Below, piece by piece: positions 13,027 through 25,448 of a DNA stretch of 64,000 nucleotides. The notes below the pieces were generated by a model that worked only from the letters and a program-made list of their open reading frames with translations, did no database searches and was not told the DNA's origin. The DNA comes from Octopus sinensis. Lineage: Eukaryota. Both the position numbers and the translations under genes were made by a program. The stretch lies in assembly GCF_006345805.1 (NCBI RefSeq), contig NC_043011.1, positions 61,268,464 to 61,332,463 on the forward strand, written 5' to 3'. Every line of letters begins with the position of its first letter. Within the stretch, counting starts at the first letter, position 1.

Positions 13027-13027
<1 letters not shown>
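12524..13027 (+). mobile_element. Non-autonomous Helitron, complete (504 bp)
   Basis: A|TCTATATATATAAAAC at the 5' end; hairpin CCCG-agcaacgc-CGGG (13000-13015); CTAG|T at 13024-13028; sits in (AT)n. Confidence 0.85.
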
Positions 13028-13067
<40 letters not shown>

Positions 13068-13123
13068 TATATGTGTGTATGTGTGTATATACATACATAT
13101 ATATGTGTATATATATATATATG

Positions 13124-13168
<45 letters not shown>

Positions 13169-13851
13169 TCATACATGTCGGCATGCATACGAACATACAC
13201 ACATACATACAAGCATACACACAGGTATAGCTACATATACATACATAAACGTGAACAATTCAATTACAGGATAAATGCAATATGTTCCGTCGGCAAATTT
13301 CATTATTTCAATAACGTTTGTGTTTATGTTTCTCTTCCGAAATTTATTGAACACATTCTTCACGAATCGGGGAAGTATTTTAATAAGGTTAGGTGAAGTG
13401 TTATTGATTCATTGCCGAAAGGAATATCTTTTTATAGTCTTGGTTCCTGATGGAAATCAACTAGTTTTTAAAACTTTTTTTTGTCAGATTTGTCTTTTTT
13501 TTTTACCTTTTCTTCCCCGGATAAACTACAGGTGAATTAGTGTTCTAAACTTTTTGTTCATACTTATTGAAACATCGTGGTATAGACTTCGCCATTCATG
13601 CAGAAGAAGAAGAAGAAGAAGAAGAAAAGAAGAAGAAGAAGAAGAAGAAGAAGAAGAAGAAGAAGAAGATCAGCATTACAGAAGCACTCCTAATTAGACT
13701 TTTTGGGTTTTCATTTTGTATGCTTGTTGCATTAAATGTTAACAAGTAACTTAACTAGAACTTGTGCTTTTTTAATGCTGATGGCATCTCTGAGTAATCA
13801 ACCTTCCCCACTACTACGACTATGACTACAACAAAAACCAATAATAATAAT

Positions 13852-14048
13852 AATCCTTTCCATTATAGCCAATAGGACTGAAATTTTGGGGAGGGAAATA
13901 GTCAATTACATCGACCCCAATACTCAACTGGTACTTAATTTATATACCCTGAAACGATGGAAGGCAAAGTCGACCTCGGCGGAATTTGGACGAAATGTCG
14001 CTAAGCACACTGCAGTGCGGGCTAATGATTCTACCAGCTCGCCGCCTT
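13852..14048 (-). mobile_element. SINE family A
   Basis: ...gattctaccagctcgccgcctt is the reverse complement of the family A head; (ATT)n tail. Confidence 0.8.
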
Positions 14049-14065
14049 AAAATAATAATAATAAC

Positions 14066-14249
14066 AATCCTTTCTACTAAAGGCACAAGGACATCGATTT
14101 CATGAATCCCAGTGTTCTACTGGTACTTATTTCATCGACCCCAAAGGAAGAAAGGCAAAGTCGATCTCGGCGGAATTTGAACTCAGAACATAGCGTAATA
14201 CCGCTAAGCATTTCGTCGAGTATGCTAACAATTCTGCCAACTCACCGCC

Positions 14250-14251
<2 letters not shown>
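14066..14251 (-). mobile_element. SINE family A (second tandem copy)
   Basis: ...gaatttgaactcagaac...attctgccaactcaccgcctt. Confidence 0.8.

Positions 14252-14318
<67 letters not shown>
14251..14318. repeat. (TAA)~22 microsatellite
   Basis: Pure taa repeat between the SINE head and the R4/Dong-like fragment. Confidence 0.95.
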
Positions 14319-15082
14319 TGGTAAATACTCAAAGAGAGCTAATAATGCCGATGTTTACAAAGCCCTTATCCTCAATGCTTAGTGTCTTCTGGCTTAAAAT
14401 CAGAAGGGTTTATTTTAGCAGACCAAGATCAATGCCTACCTACAAAGAGCTACCAGGCCAACATATTAAAGAACGGCAGTATCCCAACATGCCGTGTATG
14501 TCAACAACAAAATGAAACCATTGATCATGTTGTTTCCATGTGCAGTCTTCTTGCGCCTACACAGCATCTCAGCAGGTATGATAGAGCTGCTCAGTATATT
14601 CACTGGGTAATTTGAAAAAACTTGGACTTGCCCCATAATAAAAAGTGGTGGGAACACAAAACACCTCCAATGCTTGAAAGTGACCGAATCTCACTCTTCT
14701 GGAACTTCACTGTTCAAACTGACAGTAAGATAGATACGAATGGGCCAGACATTATATTGAAGGAAGTCAGATTAAAATCATGCCTCCTTATTGATATGAC
14801 TATCCCAGTCGACATAAATGTGTCTGTCAAGATCTACCAAAACCTGAGCAGGCATACAGATCTTGAAATAGAAATTGGTAAAATGTGGAACCTGAAGACT
14901 AAAACAATGCCTGTTGATATAGGTGTCCTCGGAATGATAGCAAAAAGGGCTGATTCCTAACTAGCTCAGATACCAGGAAACGCCAAAAGGGCAGAAATTC
15001 AAAAGATAGTGCTCGAGGGAACTGCTCATATTCTACATAAAATACTGTGTATGTTATCTCAAATTTTAAAACAAACAAAAAT
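14318..15082 (+). mobile_element. 5'-truncated R4/Dong-like LINE (CCHC zinc knuckle + RLE domain)
   Basis: SGLKSEGFILADQDQCLPTKSYQ...CRVCQQQNETIDHVVSMC (CCHC)...HW...LFWNFTVQTD..IDTNGPDII...LLIDMTIP (PD..D)...PVDIGVLG...IQKIVLEGTAHIL; stops at 14613-14615 and 14958-14960. Confidence 0.88.
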
Positions 15083-15123
15083 TTGGCAAAATACCACATC
15101 AGGCAGAAACATTACCAGGCGCA

Positions 15124-15501
15124 TCAAAGGAACACCATAGATACGGAGTCACAGCTACACCAAGCGTACAGCAGCAAACGCTCCTCTCTCCTTTGTACTT
15201 TTCTGCCTACAGGTTCGTGCTTAGAGTAGATCCATTCAATCGGATCATTCTCGCGACATTCATCTTCCAACAAATTTTCTGGAGGCAGCACGTCATCCTC
15301 TGATATCGTCTGCATAAGCAAAGGTGTCTCGTAAGCATCCTGGTTCTCGCGGGATGAACCTTCGAAACATCCAATATACTTCAGTAGTGGCTCGAGGCTC
15401 TCTACGTACAGAAAAGGAAAGAGGGATACCCTTGACAGGCCGATCGCATGCGATAAAGCGATTCCGATAAGTGGCCATTTACTCTGAACGCCCAGTAAAT
15501 G
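15124..15501 (-). other. Unassigned 125-codon open frame in non-repetitive-looking sequence; possible exon (15211-15309) or unknown TE
   Basis: The frame of ORF 15124-15321 stays open to 15501 (HLLGVQSKWPLIGIALSH...KYIGCFEG...SEDDVLPPENLLEDECRENDPIEWIYSKHEP...); AG at 15311-15310 and GT at 15210-15209. Confidence 0.25.
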
Positions 15502-15634
15502 TCATTGTACGTTGCAGCGATCTGGTACCTGAAGGCAGGCGCGAAACCAGTCGCCTCGAGACTCTCGCCAATTATTGATGGTCGACTCTATAGAAAGCGT
15601 GCTTACTACTTCTACTTTAGTCACTAAGCCAGAA

Positions 15635-16086
15635 ATTTTGTGGGGATGGGTTAGTCAATTACATCTTGCAAGTGTCCAATCGGTACTTATTGTATCAGCC
15701 CTGTCGACCCCAGAAATCAACTGGTACATATTTTATCGATCCTGAAGGATGAAAGACAAAGACAACCTCAGTGGAATTTGAGCTCAACATGTAAGAAGCC
15801 ACAACAAATGTTTAGTAGTATGTTTTCCGACCTGCTCAGGATTCTGCCAGCTTAGCGCCCGTAAATGTTTCTGATTTATTCTCGAGCAACTGCGGTTTTC
15901 AGGGTAGGTATAGAGTCAATACCATCGAACACAATACTAGACCGGTATTTTGTTTTATCGACTTCAGAGGCATGAAATGCAAACTTGACCTCAGCAGGAA
16001 TCGAACTCACAATGTAAAGAAGAGACTGAAATACAGAAAAGCATTTTTTCCAACAACTATCTACCGAGTGTACAAGCTCGCCGCCT
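15635..16086 (-). mobile_element. Two degenerate SINE family A copies
   Basis: tcgaccccaga, gaatttgagctc, gattctgccagc and ctcgccgcctt motifs. Confidence 0.6.
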
Positions 16087-16699
16087 TTGGAATTAAGTAA
16101 TAATAATAATAAAAGATAAAGAAAAAAAGGAAAATAATTTTTTTTTTGTTTGGAAAGCAATTATGTGTAGAAGACGATTCATTCAAAGATTTTTAATTAT
16201 GTTGTCCGTGTAGAAATCATTCGAGCTGATTTATTCAAGCGGTAATATTGCTTACGTCATGTCTTCGAACAGAAGGAATCTACGGTTTTAATTGGATGAG
16301 ATTCTTCTGCTAAATAAATTCCAATTTGTCGCTTGTGTCTAACCAGTAATTCCTGAAAACAATTTATGGTTTTAATATGAGTTATGAGAAGATGTTTTCT
16401 TAAAGTAAACAGGGAAATATAATTGTTAGACTGTCTGCGTTCTCTTTTGGTTGTTTTTAATGCGTATTTCCTCGTTTATTGCTTTTCTCCTGTGAACAGC
16501 GACCATCTTGACAATTCGTACTGCTTCCCACTGATTAAACACCGACGAAACCGTGCTAATTTGGAGGAAGTTTGTCGTTCCGTTCGAAACGTTCAAATAA
16601 CATTAAAATCTCGCTCAAATCACACATTGTCTAGAAGGTTACATTATATATTTTCGTTCTAGATATTTATGAGCAAAAAGACGGAATGGTCGTAGATGG

Positions 16700-17300
16700 A
16701 TTGTCATGATTCTTAAGCCTTCATTTGTTAATTTAATTGTCTGCTTCCATAGATTTCTTAGGTTACCCGAAACTAAGCAGATTAAGACGGTTACTGTAGC
16801 TTTTTAATAGTTGTGTGTCGACGACTGTCGGGAAAAGATTTGCAGGGACAGAGCGCTAGAAGGTCAACATTCTAGAAATGGAGGAATAAGGATAGGGTCA
16901 ATGTCGGTATGGGTCAAAGGAAGAGAAGGTGTGAGTGAACCAGAAGCGCTTGAATGGAGATGGAAAGTGACCAGGCAACTATGAGCATCAGCGGTCATTT
17001 CAGAAACGGTTGAGAAAGAGAGGAGAGAGTACGGTTGTGAATCAGAGGATGGAGTGTGTTTGTAAGTGACTCCATATCAATTAGTCGACTGGTCTTTCAT
17101 TGTATAGTTTGGGATTTCTCTAGATGTAACAGCAGCTCTATACTACAAGAAGGAGGAGTACTTAGATGAGTATATGACTATCCAGTGAATGGATTATTTT
17201 GCGGTCCCAATCCCTATGTGGTTGATTCGGATAAGCTGTGGATGTATATTTGGAGAGAGAAAGCGAGAGATCCTTCACAATGAAAAAGCCTGGCATTTAT
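16700..17300 (-). mobile_element. Very degenerate CR1/L2-type LINE fragment (end of endonuclease domain and linker)
   Basis: Minus-strand frame ...SDSQPYSLLSFSTVSEMTADAHSCLVTFHL...GNLRNLWK resembles the post-APE region; many stops. Confidence 0.4.
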
Positions 17301-17929
17301 AGCATCCATGGGAAGTTTTTTTATCTTTTTGACTTCTATTTTTGATTTGTTTCAAACATCAGAGTGTGGCCATCGTGGGACACCACCTTCAGGAATTAGA
17401 AAGGCAGTGCATGCCATTCAAAGTGACCCTGGGTTACAAATATACAAAGACCGGTATACTTATCCGATAAGGGTACATCAGGCACATGCATCACAGCCAT
17501 ATATGCGCGACATGGTGACCTCATATCAAGATAAATAGCGCATAATCTTGCAGGTGGGGGTGCAGTTAGAATTTTCTTTAGGTCGAGTAGCCCATCCTGC
17601 TCAAAAGGTCAATGAATAAGGGTTGTTTAAAGATGTTAAACGAAACATTAATGTTTCCGGAGGTGAATTATTCAAAATCCAAAGAATTTCTTTAAACACA
17701 TAGTTATGATGCACCCCAACTACTTCTGGTCGTGATCAGGGATGCACATATCGTCAGCCACCAAGGGACATGCTCAACTAGTTAGGGTCAAACAACTGAC
17801 AAGCAAATCTGTGTTATTGAGTAAAATATTTGCTGTAGCCCATCTTTTATACCAATGTGCAAAATGACCCTTCCAATCAGTTAAGATCAGAAGCAATGGG
17901 AGCCACTAATAGTACTGCATCAAAGAATT

Positions 17930-17989
<60 letters not shown>

Positions 17990-18062
17990 TATTATTATTA
18001 TTATTAGTAGTAGTAGTAGTAGTAGTAGTAGTAGCAGCAGTAGTAGCAGCAGCAACAGCAGC

Positions 18063-18108
<46 letters not shown>

Positions 18109-18110
18109 AT
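17930..18110. repeat. Compound microsatellite (AAT)n-(ATT)n-(AGT/AGC)n
   Basis: Read directly from the sequence; source of the poly-I/poly-L ORF. Confidence 0.95.
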
Positions 18111-18411
18111 GATATCTCAGTAAACGTTATCCGTGTCACGTTTTAGCGGCTGCTCGTTGCATCACTTTAAACTAGACACACAGATTCTTATATTGTTTGG
18201 CGAATTTCATTCTGTTATTTCCGCTGTTTATGAAAAAGTTGGAACTCCCATCTGCCCGTCTTCGTCAATACAGTTTTAATGCTAACGACTTGAACGGCAC
18301 AAACATATTCCGGTGGATTTATTGAGAAAAATACGTACATCTACCGAGCTTTTTTTAATTGGCTTCCAATAAATTCGTATTCGACGAAAGAAACTCATGA
18401 AAGATTTAGAA

Positions 18412-18786
18412 CTGTGTGGTAAGTAGCTTGCTAACCAACCACATGGTTCTGGGTTCAGTCCCACTGCGTGGCATCTTGGGCAAGTGTCTTCTGCTATAGC
18501 CCCGGGCCGACCAATGCCTTGTGAGTGGATTTGGTAGACGGAAACTGAAAGAAGCCTGTCGTATATATGTATGTGTGTGTGTTTGTGTGTCTGTGTTTGT
18601 TCCCCTAGCATTGCTTGACAACCGATGCTGGTGTGTTTACGTCCCCGTCACTTAGCGGTTCGGCAAAAAAGAGACCGATAGAATAAGTGCTGGGCTTGCA
18701 AAAAGAATAAGTCCCGGGGTCGAGTTGCTCGACTAAAAGGCGGTGCTCCAGCATGGCCGCAGTCAAATGACTGAAATGACTGAAAG
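18412..18786 (+). mobile_element. tRNA-derived SINE, family B (internal (TG)n tract)
   Basis: tgtgtggtaagtagcttgc...gggttcagtcccactgcgtggcatcttgggcaagtgtctt...gagtggatttggtagacgg...gctccagcatggccgcagtcaaatgactgaaa. Confidence 0.88.
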
Positions 18787-20651
18787 TAGTAGCAAAAAGA
18801 ATTCAATCCAACTCCCACGTTCCATTGTTAGATTGTTGCTGACTGTTAGGTGTCTTTGTTCGTTGGTTATCTTCAGAAATAGTATTGTTTATATTTGTAG
18901 AGCTACGAAAGCAACGAGGAATGTGCCAGTTGCTCAAGATCATTTTTATTAAGTATGATTCAATAATGTAGGTGTGCTTTTTGCGTTCTTGTTGCCTTCG
19001 CTTTATAATTTATTTTTAGCTTTAATTATGCATCATTGCTGCCAAGCGTATGGTTATGTCAAAACAGGAACACGTCAAAATCAGTTTACATATGCAGATA
19101 AGCATTTGATGTTGCACCCAGGTTTTCTGTTGTTAGCAAAAGAAACACTGATATAAATGGCATAAACGAAGCAAGAGGTGATATGCTGAACGATGTACGC
19201 CCAAAATTCCCAATTAATTGAAATGTTCCGCTTACCGCCGCCATTTTGAAACGTTCGGTTTCTGTCTTTAACTGACGTACAAAATAAGGTTATGATATAT
19301 ATTTAGACATATATCCTTTTTGTTCTTTTTGCTCGTTCATTTAGCTTCTTTCTGTCACTGGACTGCGACCAGACTGGAGCACTACTTTCACGAGTTCGGA
19401 TTCTGTATTTAACTAGCGAACAAAACTGGGTTATGATATACTCTTTTATTTGTTTCAGTCATCTAACTGCGGCCAGATTCAGATATATATATACTTTTTT
19501 GTTCTTTTAGCTTGTCTCTGTCATATGACTGCGACCAGACTAGAGCACTTTCTTCACCAGTTTAGTCGAAGAAATTGGCACCAGTACTTCTTTGAATGTG
19601 GTGTTTATTCTCTGGTTATTATCTTTTTTTTTTGAAATCGCTTTGTTAAAGGAGTATAAAGAAACCAACACCAGTTGGCAAACGGTAGATGAGGGACAAC
19701 TCCAATATAATGCAAAAGAATACAGTAGAATGTTTTTTTTAATACAGTTTCTGCTTTTCAAATTTACTTACACGGCATTGTTTGACCTAGTAGAAGACCC
19801 CTGTTGTAGTTCGTGTGCAACAGAATTGAACCGGTAATTCGTTGGTACAATATATTATCGACCCCAGAAAGAGGGCCAGGAAGTTAGATTCCCGTAGTAT
19901 TTACCCGCGGATTATTAAATGCGGTACTACATCCCATGAATTATTAAGACCGAACATCCGAGCAATATGTGATTGGCAATTCCCTTCATTGACTCAAGAG
20001 GGATGAAAGGTAACGTTGACTTAGATAGTATTTGAACTCAGACGGACAGGGACGGAACTAAATACCATTAGGTATCCTGGCCGAGATTCTAACGATTTAG
20101 ATGGAAGTAAATAATTCTGAATTGTTTATCTGTGTTAATTACTTGCGTTAACAGATTCTAGTGGCATGTTCTATAAATGTAACTTGGAGTATAGTACCTT
20201 TTTCCTGTAGAATTTGGATGTAGACTTTTTATTGGAACCAGGTTGAGATGGTTGGTTTTATCAGCTGGGATCGAGCAAGCAAACACCATCTAGAAGGAGC
20301 GACAGTCGTGAGAGCCGGCAATTGAATATGGCTGAAATAAAAAACGACGAAGCCCGTTTGGAGAGGTGATGATACCAAAACTGAACTTATGATCGAACAT
20401 TAGCCTGTCCAAACAGTAGTGTGGCCTAAAATCAGTAACTGAGATGGGTGGTGCGCTGTAAGATCGTCAAGAAGAAGCGCCCGAAACGTTGCGCATTCTC
20501 TCTTGGTGACTTTTGTAACCTTCTGGCCTCCACTCTAGTAGGCTGTTTCCAAGTCCTTGTCTGACTTATCTGAGTGGTCATTGTTGTTGTTGCTATTGTT
20601 CCTGTTGTTGTTATTATTCTTGTTATTGTTGATGTAGTTACTGTTGCTGCT

Positions 20652-21007
20652 TTATTACCTCCGCCTTAGCTAAGGCGGAGGTATTGTTTCAGTAGTGTTT
20701 GTCTGTCTGTGGACAAGATATCTCATGAACCGCTGAATGGATTCAGATAAAAGTTTCACGGATGTTTGGCCTCGTGACTGGCATGAACGGATTAGATTTT
20801 GGGATCCATCCGGTACCGGACAAGGATTATTTTCCTGTTTTCTTTTTTTACTTAATTTTTGAGAACAGTTTCCTTTTTGGTATTCTTGTTTGTGAGAGCA
20901 GTCGAGTTTATTTCAGGTATTCTCATTTTAAAAATCATCTCCGGTTAATCGTTAAGAGGATGTTGGCGTTACCTTGGCACAGGTTTGCGCTCTCCGAGTG
21001 CTCTTGT
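20652..21007 (+). mobile_element. DINE-1/HINE-like non-autonomous Helentron
   Basis: 5' palindrome acctccgcc-ttagctaa-ggcggaggt (20657-20682), short gtct microsatellite, degenerate 3' subTIR ggcacaggt, terminal hairpin gcgctc-tcc-gagtgc, T-rich flanks. Confidence 0.75.
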
Positions 21008-21484
21008 TTGCTATTGTTATTGTTGCTGTTTTTGCCAACGTTGATATTGGTGTTGTTTTTGTCATTGCTATTGTTTGTTGTTGTTGTTGTTGTTGCTGCT
21101 GATTTTGTTGTTGCTTTTATATTGTTGTTTCTGCTGTTGTTGTTGTTATTGTTGTCGATAACGCAGGTATTTCTGTTGTGGTTGCTCTTAGTTGTTATTG
21201 TTGTAGTTGTTTATTATCATACCAGTTCTAATCCAGCAAAGCTATACTTATAGCCTTTCCAGTAGTGACCATCTCGTCGTTTTCTCTACCCCTTGTCTGA
21301 TAAGGACTTCGTATTTTAATTACTTTATTTGTTGAGACATAAGACGCATATTTTTTTTTGACAGAAGTATTCTCAGTAAAATCCCCTCAGGTCCTCTACA
21401 CGAAGTTAGGGCCTATATTATGCGCTTCGGTGCACTTAAAACTTTTTCTTGAATGTTCGCTGCTGAAATCGTGGTGCATCTTAC

Positions 21485-21619
21485 ACGCCCAGACGTGTTT
21501 TTATATCATCAGATGCGGAATGTTTTAAGATGGTAGGATATGATCTGAGAGAGATGAAGCAGCTATTTATAGCAAATCGAGCGGCCTCGTACAGCATTTT
21601 TCGATGGTTCATATCATTA
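21485..21619 (-). CDS. Candidate internal coding exon (135 nt, phase 2-2), product unknown
   Basis: Pyrimidine-rich upstream region, ttaccaacAG|, open frame NDMNHRKMLYEAARFAINSCFISLRSYPTILKHSASDDIKTRLG, |GTAAGA; the ORF stop falls inside the donor. Confidence 0.33.
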
Positions 21620-21989
21620 CTGTTGGTAATTATTTGTAAAACATACAAAGAAAAAACGAGGGAAGGAACGAGTGAAAAGAAGGAGATAGTCACAAGGGAA
21701 TAGAGAAACGTAAGAACTGGGAAATATGTGTAAACAGAGATATGTGGAGTATCTAATGCATAGCGATATTTGTTCGTTTGCTTTCTTTCTAAGGAGATAC
21801 AAATAGAAAGAGTGAGAGAGAGAGAAAGAGGGGGAGAGAGGAAATGTGGAAGCAGTAAAAGAGAGACATAGAGAGTGGGGGGAGAAGGATGAGGGGGAGA
21901 GAGAGTGTGTGGGGAGAGATTTGGAGTATCGTAAAATGACAAACATGATAATGTAATGAAAATACCTTGATAACAACGGAGCTTGAAAT

Positions 21990-22014
21990 ATGCTTGTGAT
22001 AATAATAATAAGGA

Positions 22015-22051
<37 letters not shown>

Positions 22052-22056
22052 TGTAT

Positions 22057-22091
<35 letters not shown>

Positions 22092-22455
22092 ATGGTAGTA
22101 TTAGCAATGGTAGTTGTAGTAGTAGTAGCTGTAGTAGTAGTAGTTGTTGTAGTAGTAGTGGTGGTAGTAGTAGTAGTTTTATAAGTAGTAGTAGTTGTTG
22201 TAGTAGTAGTAGTGGTGGTAGTAGTAGTAGTAGCAGCAGCAATAGTAGTAGTTGTAGTAGTGGTAGTAGTAGTAGTAGTGGTAGTAGTAATGTTGGTAGT
22301 AGTAGTAGTAGTCGTAGTAGTAGTAGTAGTTGTAGAGTAGTAATGGTGGTAGTAGTAGTAGTCGTAGTAGTAGTAGTAGTATTAGCAGCAGCAGTGGTAG
22401 TAGTGTAGTAGTAGTAGTAGTCGTAGTAGTAGTAGTAGTATTAGCAGCAGCAGTG

Positions 22456-22510
<55 letters not shown>

Positions 22511-22545
22511 CAGCAGCAGTAGTAGTAGTAGTTGTAGTAATTTTA
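21990..22545. repeat. Long degenerate (AGT/AGC/GGT)n trinucleotide array
   Basis: About 550 bp; source of the poly-S, poly-L and poly-V ORFs. Confidence 0.95.
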
Positions 22546-23721
22546 AATTGAAATTGAAATCATGAATTGGGATTAACATGAGGGTAGAAGAGGGTGAGAA
22601 ATGTGTCAGAAGGGATCTTTAGGTTGGTAGTTGGATGTTCAGTATGGTGGAAAGAGACCCTGCGGGACCTTTGATGAAAGGTTGCTGTCCGTTCAAACCG
22701 AATTAGCCGAAGCGATTAAAATCGAAACCTCTGAGGAATGAAACGGAAATAATATAATGACGTCGATGACTACAACGATGATGATGATGATGATCATGAT
22801 GATGATGATGGTGGTAGTGGTGGCAGTGGTGTTGGTGGTGATGATCTCTTTCACAAATGCAATGAAAATAGCAATAGAACCAAATTTTAAAGGGATGGGA
22901 AAAACTATTAAAAGAATTCATGAATTAGATTCTCAAGGAGTAAAGATTGTTCGGCAGCATAACATGGCAGTTCTGTTTTAGGACGAATGTTGCTGTAGTT
23001 TAGCCCCAGGAGGCATCGTTTCCAGCAGGTTATACGACACGATCTGCCATGTCACGTTGGTAAATAATCTTTACTCCAAAGTACGGTTGTTGAATATTTC
23101 TCCTTGTGAGACTTACAAATAGTAATTTTCTAAGATTCTCAACTAAATCGGAAGTGAGTCTCAGGTGAAAGGGGATATAATTTTTAAGTGACTCAGAGAA
23201 AGGGAAATAATGTTAAACAGTTCAAATCTCGATGGAAGGGAGAAATAATTTTCAGAATTTAAGAAATATATTTTGAATCAGTTATTAATAAGTTTCGAAA
23301 ACAAGAAGAGATAAGTTGATAGCACATTTCAAAGAGATATGAGTAGTTAGTGACCTTCAAAGAAAATGGTCGATAATTCTATACAATTTCTCAAGACTAG
23401 TTTATATGCCTATAGAAAATATGATATTATATTTTTTATATTTTATTCTGTTGTATGACATATGATGTTATTTACATATTAATATTTAATATATTTTATT
23501 TTACTATATATTCAGGTTTACAATGTAGTGTATTCGTAAGATTTCAGTTGTCTCTGCTATCGTAAAATGATGAAATTTATTATTAATCCACAAAATCATA
23601 ATCGACCGAAAATCTATGAATATACTCCATAGTGTAAGACTGTGAAAAATAAATACTGCTGAATTGTCAATAGTTTAATCACGTATATATTTATAAGCAA
23701 AGGATAGCAACGAAGAATTAT

Positions 23722-23884
23722 AGGCGTAGGAGTGGCTTTGTGGTAAATAGTTTGCTTACTCACCACATGGTTCCGGGTTCAGTCCCACTGCGTAGCACCT
23801 TGGGCAAGTGTCTTGTAATATAGCCTCGGGCCGATCAAATCCTTGTGAGTGGATTTGGTAGGTGAAAACTGAAAGAAGTCCGTC

Positions 23885-23972
<88 letters not shown>

Positions 23973-24128
23973 TTGTGTTTTGTGTGTCTGTGTTTGGCCC
24001 TCAACATCACTTAGCGTTTCGGCAAAAGAGGCCGATAGAATAAGTCCTGGGGTCAATTTGCTCGACTAAACACGGTTTTCCAGCATGGCCGCAGTCAAAT
24101 GACTGAAACAAATAAAAGAATAAAAAAA
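23722..24128 (+). mobile_element. SINE family B, full length, with expanded internal (TA)n(TG)n
   Basis: aggcgtaggagtggctttgtggtaa...ccgggttcagtcccactg...ggccgcagtcaaatgactgaaacaaataaaagaataa. Confidence 0.9.
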
Positions 24129-25147
24129 GCTATCTTCTGTCAATCTATGGTCCTGGATATGATTAGGAGGTTGACTCATAGGTCTACTTTGTTTTCTCTC
24201 CTTCAGTTATCGTTGAAAAATGTAGCAAGAAGGGGATACCGGTAAAGCCCCAGTAATGTACTTGTAGAGTACTTCTCCTTGACGGTGGATGGGAGGAAAT
24301 GTTAGCAAGTTGAACGAAAAGGCTCGCGATATTTGCGCTGAGACCATAGCAGTATGAATACAAATTCCATCTGAATATCAACAACAAAAAGACCAGAAAA
24401 TATACATAAAATGACAGATGACACGTCAGCAACAAGATCGACAACAGGAATATCAACTACAACAGTACCTACAACAAAATTATCAACAATAAAAGCAACA
24501 AAAACAACACAAGTAACAACAAAACAAAGGGCCACAACAACACAAGACAAAAACTAACACCACACCACACCTACAATTGCAACAAAACCACACCACACCA
24601 CACCAAAAATTACAACCAAAACTACAGACAGCATAAAAATTTCAGAAATATTTCTTTATTATTTTGAGAATCGATTTGCTAGCGATATCAATGTTTTTTT
24701 GTCATTGTTCCTAACAGATAATACGAATTTTTAAACATCTTCGGAAATAATTAGTTTTATATAATAACAGCGTAAACATTAGAAGAATGGTCGGGAATTC
24801 TATTGACTGTCAACTAATTTGTGTCATTGATTCTTGTTATGTTAATACTTAAGCAAATAATGGCTGAGGAGAACTTTTAAAACGAATTTATCTTTAAATA
24901 TTTGCTCAAAAGATTCGCACTGTCCGTTTATATGTTATTATGTAAACAAGCTCTTGTTCGTATGTATTATGTATTTATATGTTTATACGTATGTATCTAT
25001 ACGTCTGTGTGCTCGCTCGAATATGTATGAGTCTATATAAGTGTGTGTGCATATATAATATACACACGCACACACATACACCTATATTTAGCCCTAGATA
25101 TATATTTACTCGTTTATGCTCACGAGGTCATAAATGTGTATATATAT

Positions 25148-25205
<58 letters not shown>

Positions 25206-25391
25206 CATATATATATATTTATATATATAGATGTATATATATATTTATATATATAGATGCATATATATATATATGTATATATATATTTTTTTTTATATAT
25301 ATATACATATATATATATTTATATATAGATGTATCTATATATATTTATATATATAGATGTATACATATATATATAGATGCATATATATATA

Positions 25392-25448
<57 letters not shown>

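Noticed and set aside
17405-17925. Block that resembles a common cephalopod interspersed repeat ending in (AAT)n
   Set aside because: Single copy in this window and recalled from memory only; cannot be classified from the sequence
21481-22579. 253-aa poly-Leu and 141-aa poly-Ser ORFs resembling membrane or adhesin proteins
   Set aside because: They derive from the (AGT)n array, which lacks stops in some frames; only 21485-21619 is kept as a candidate exon
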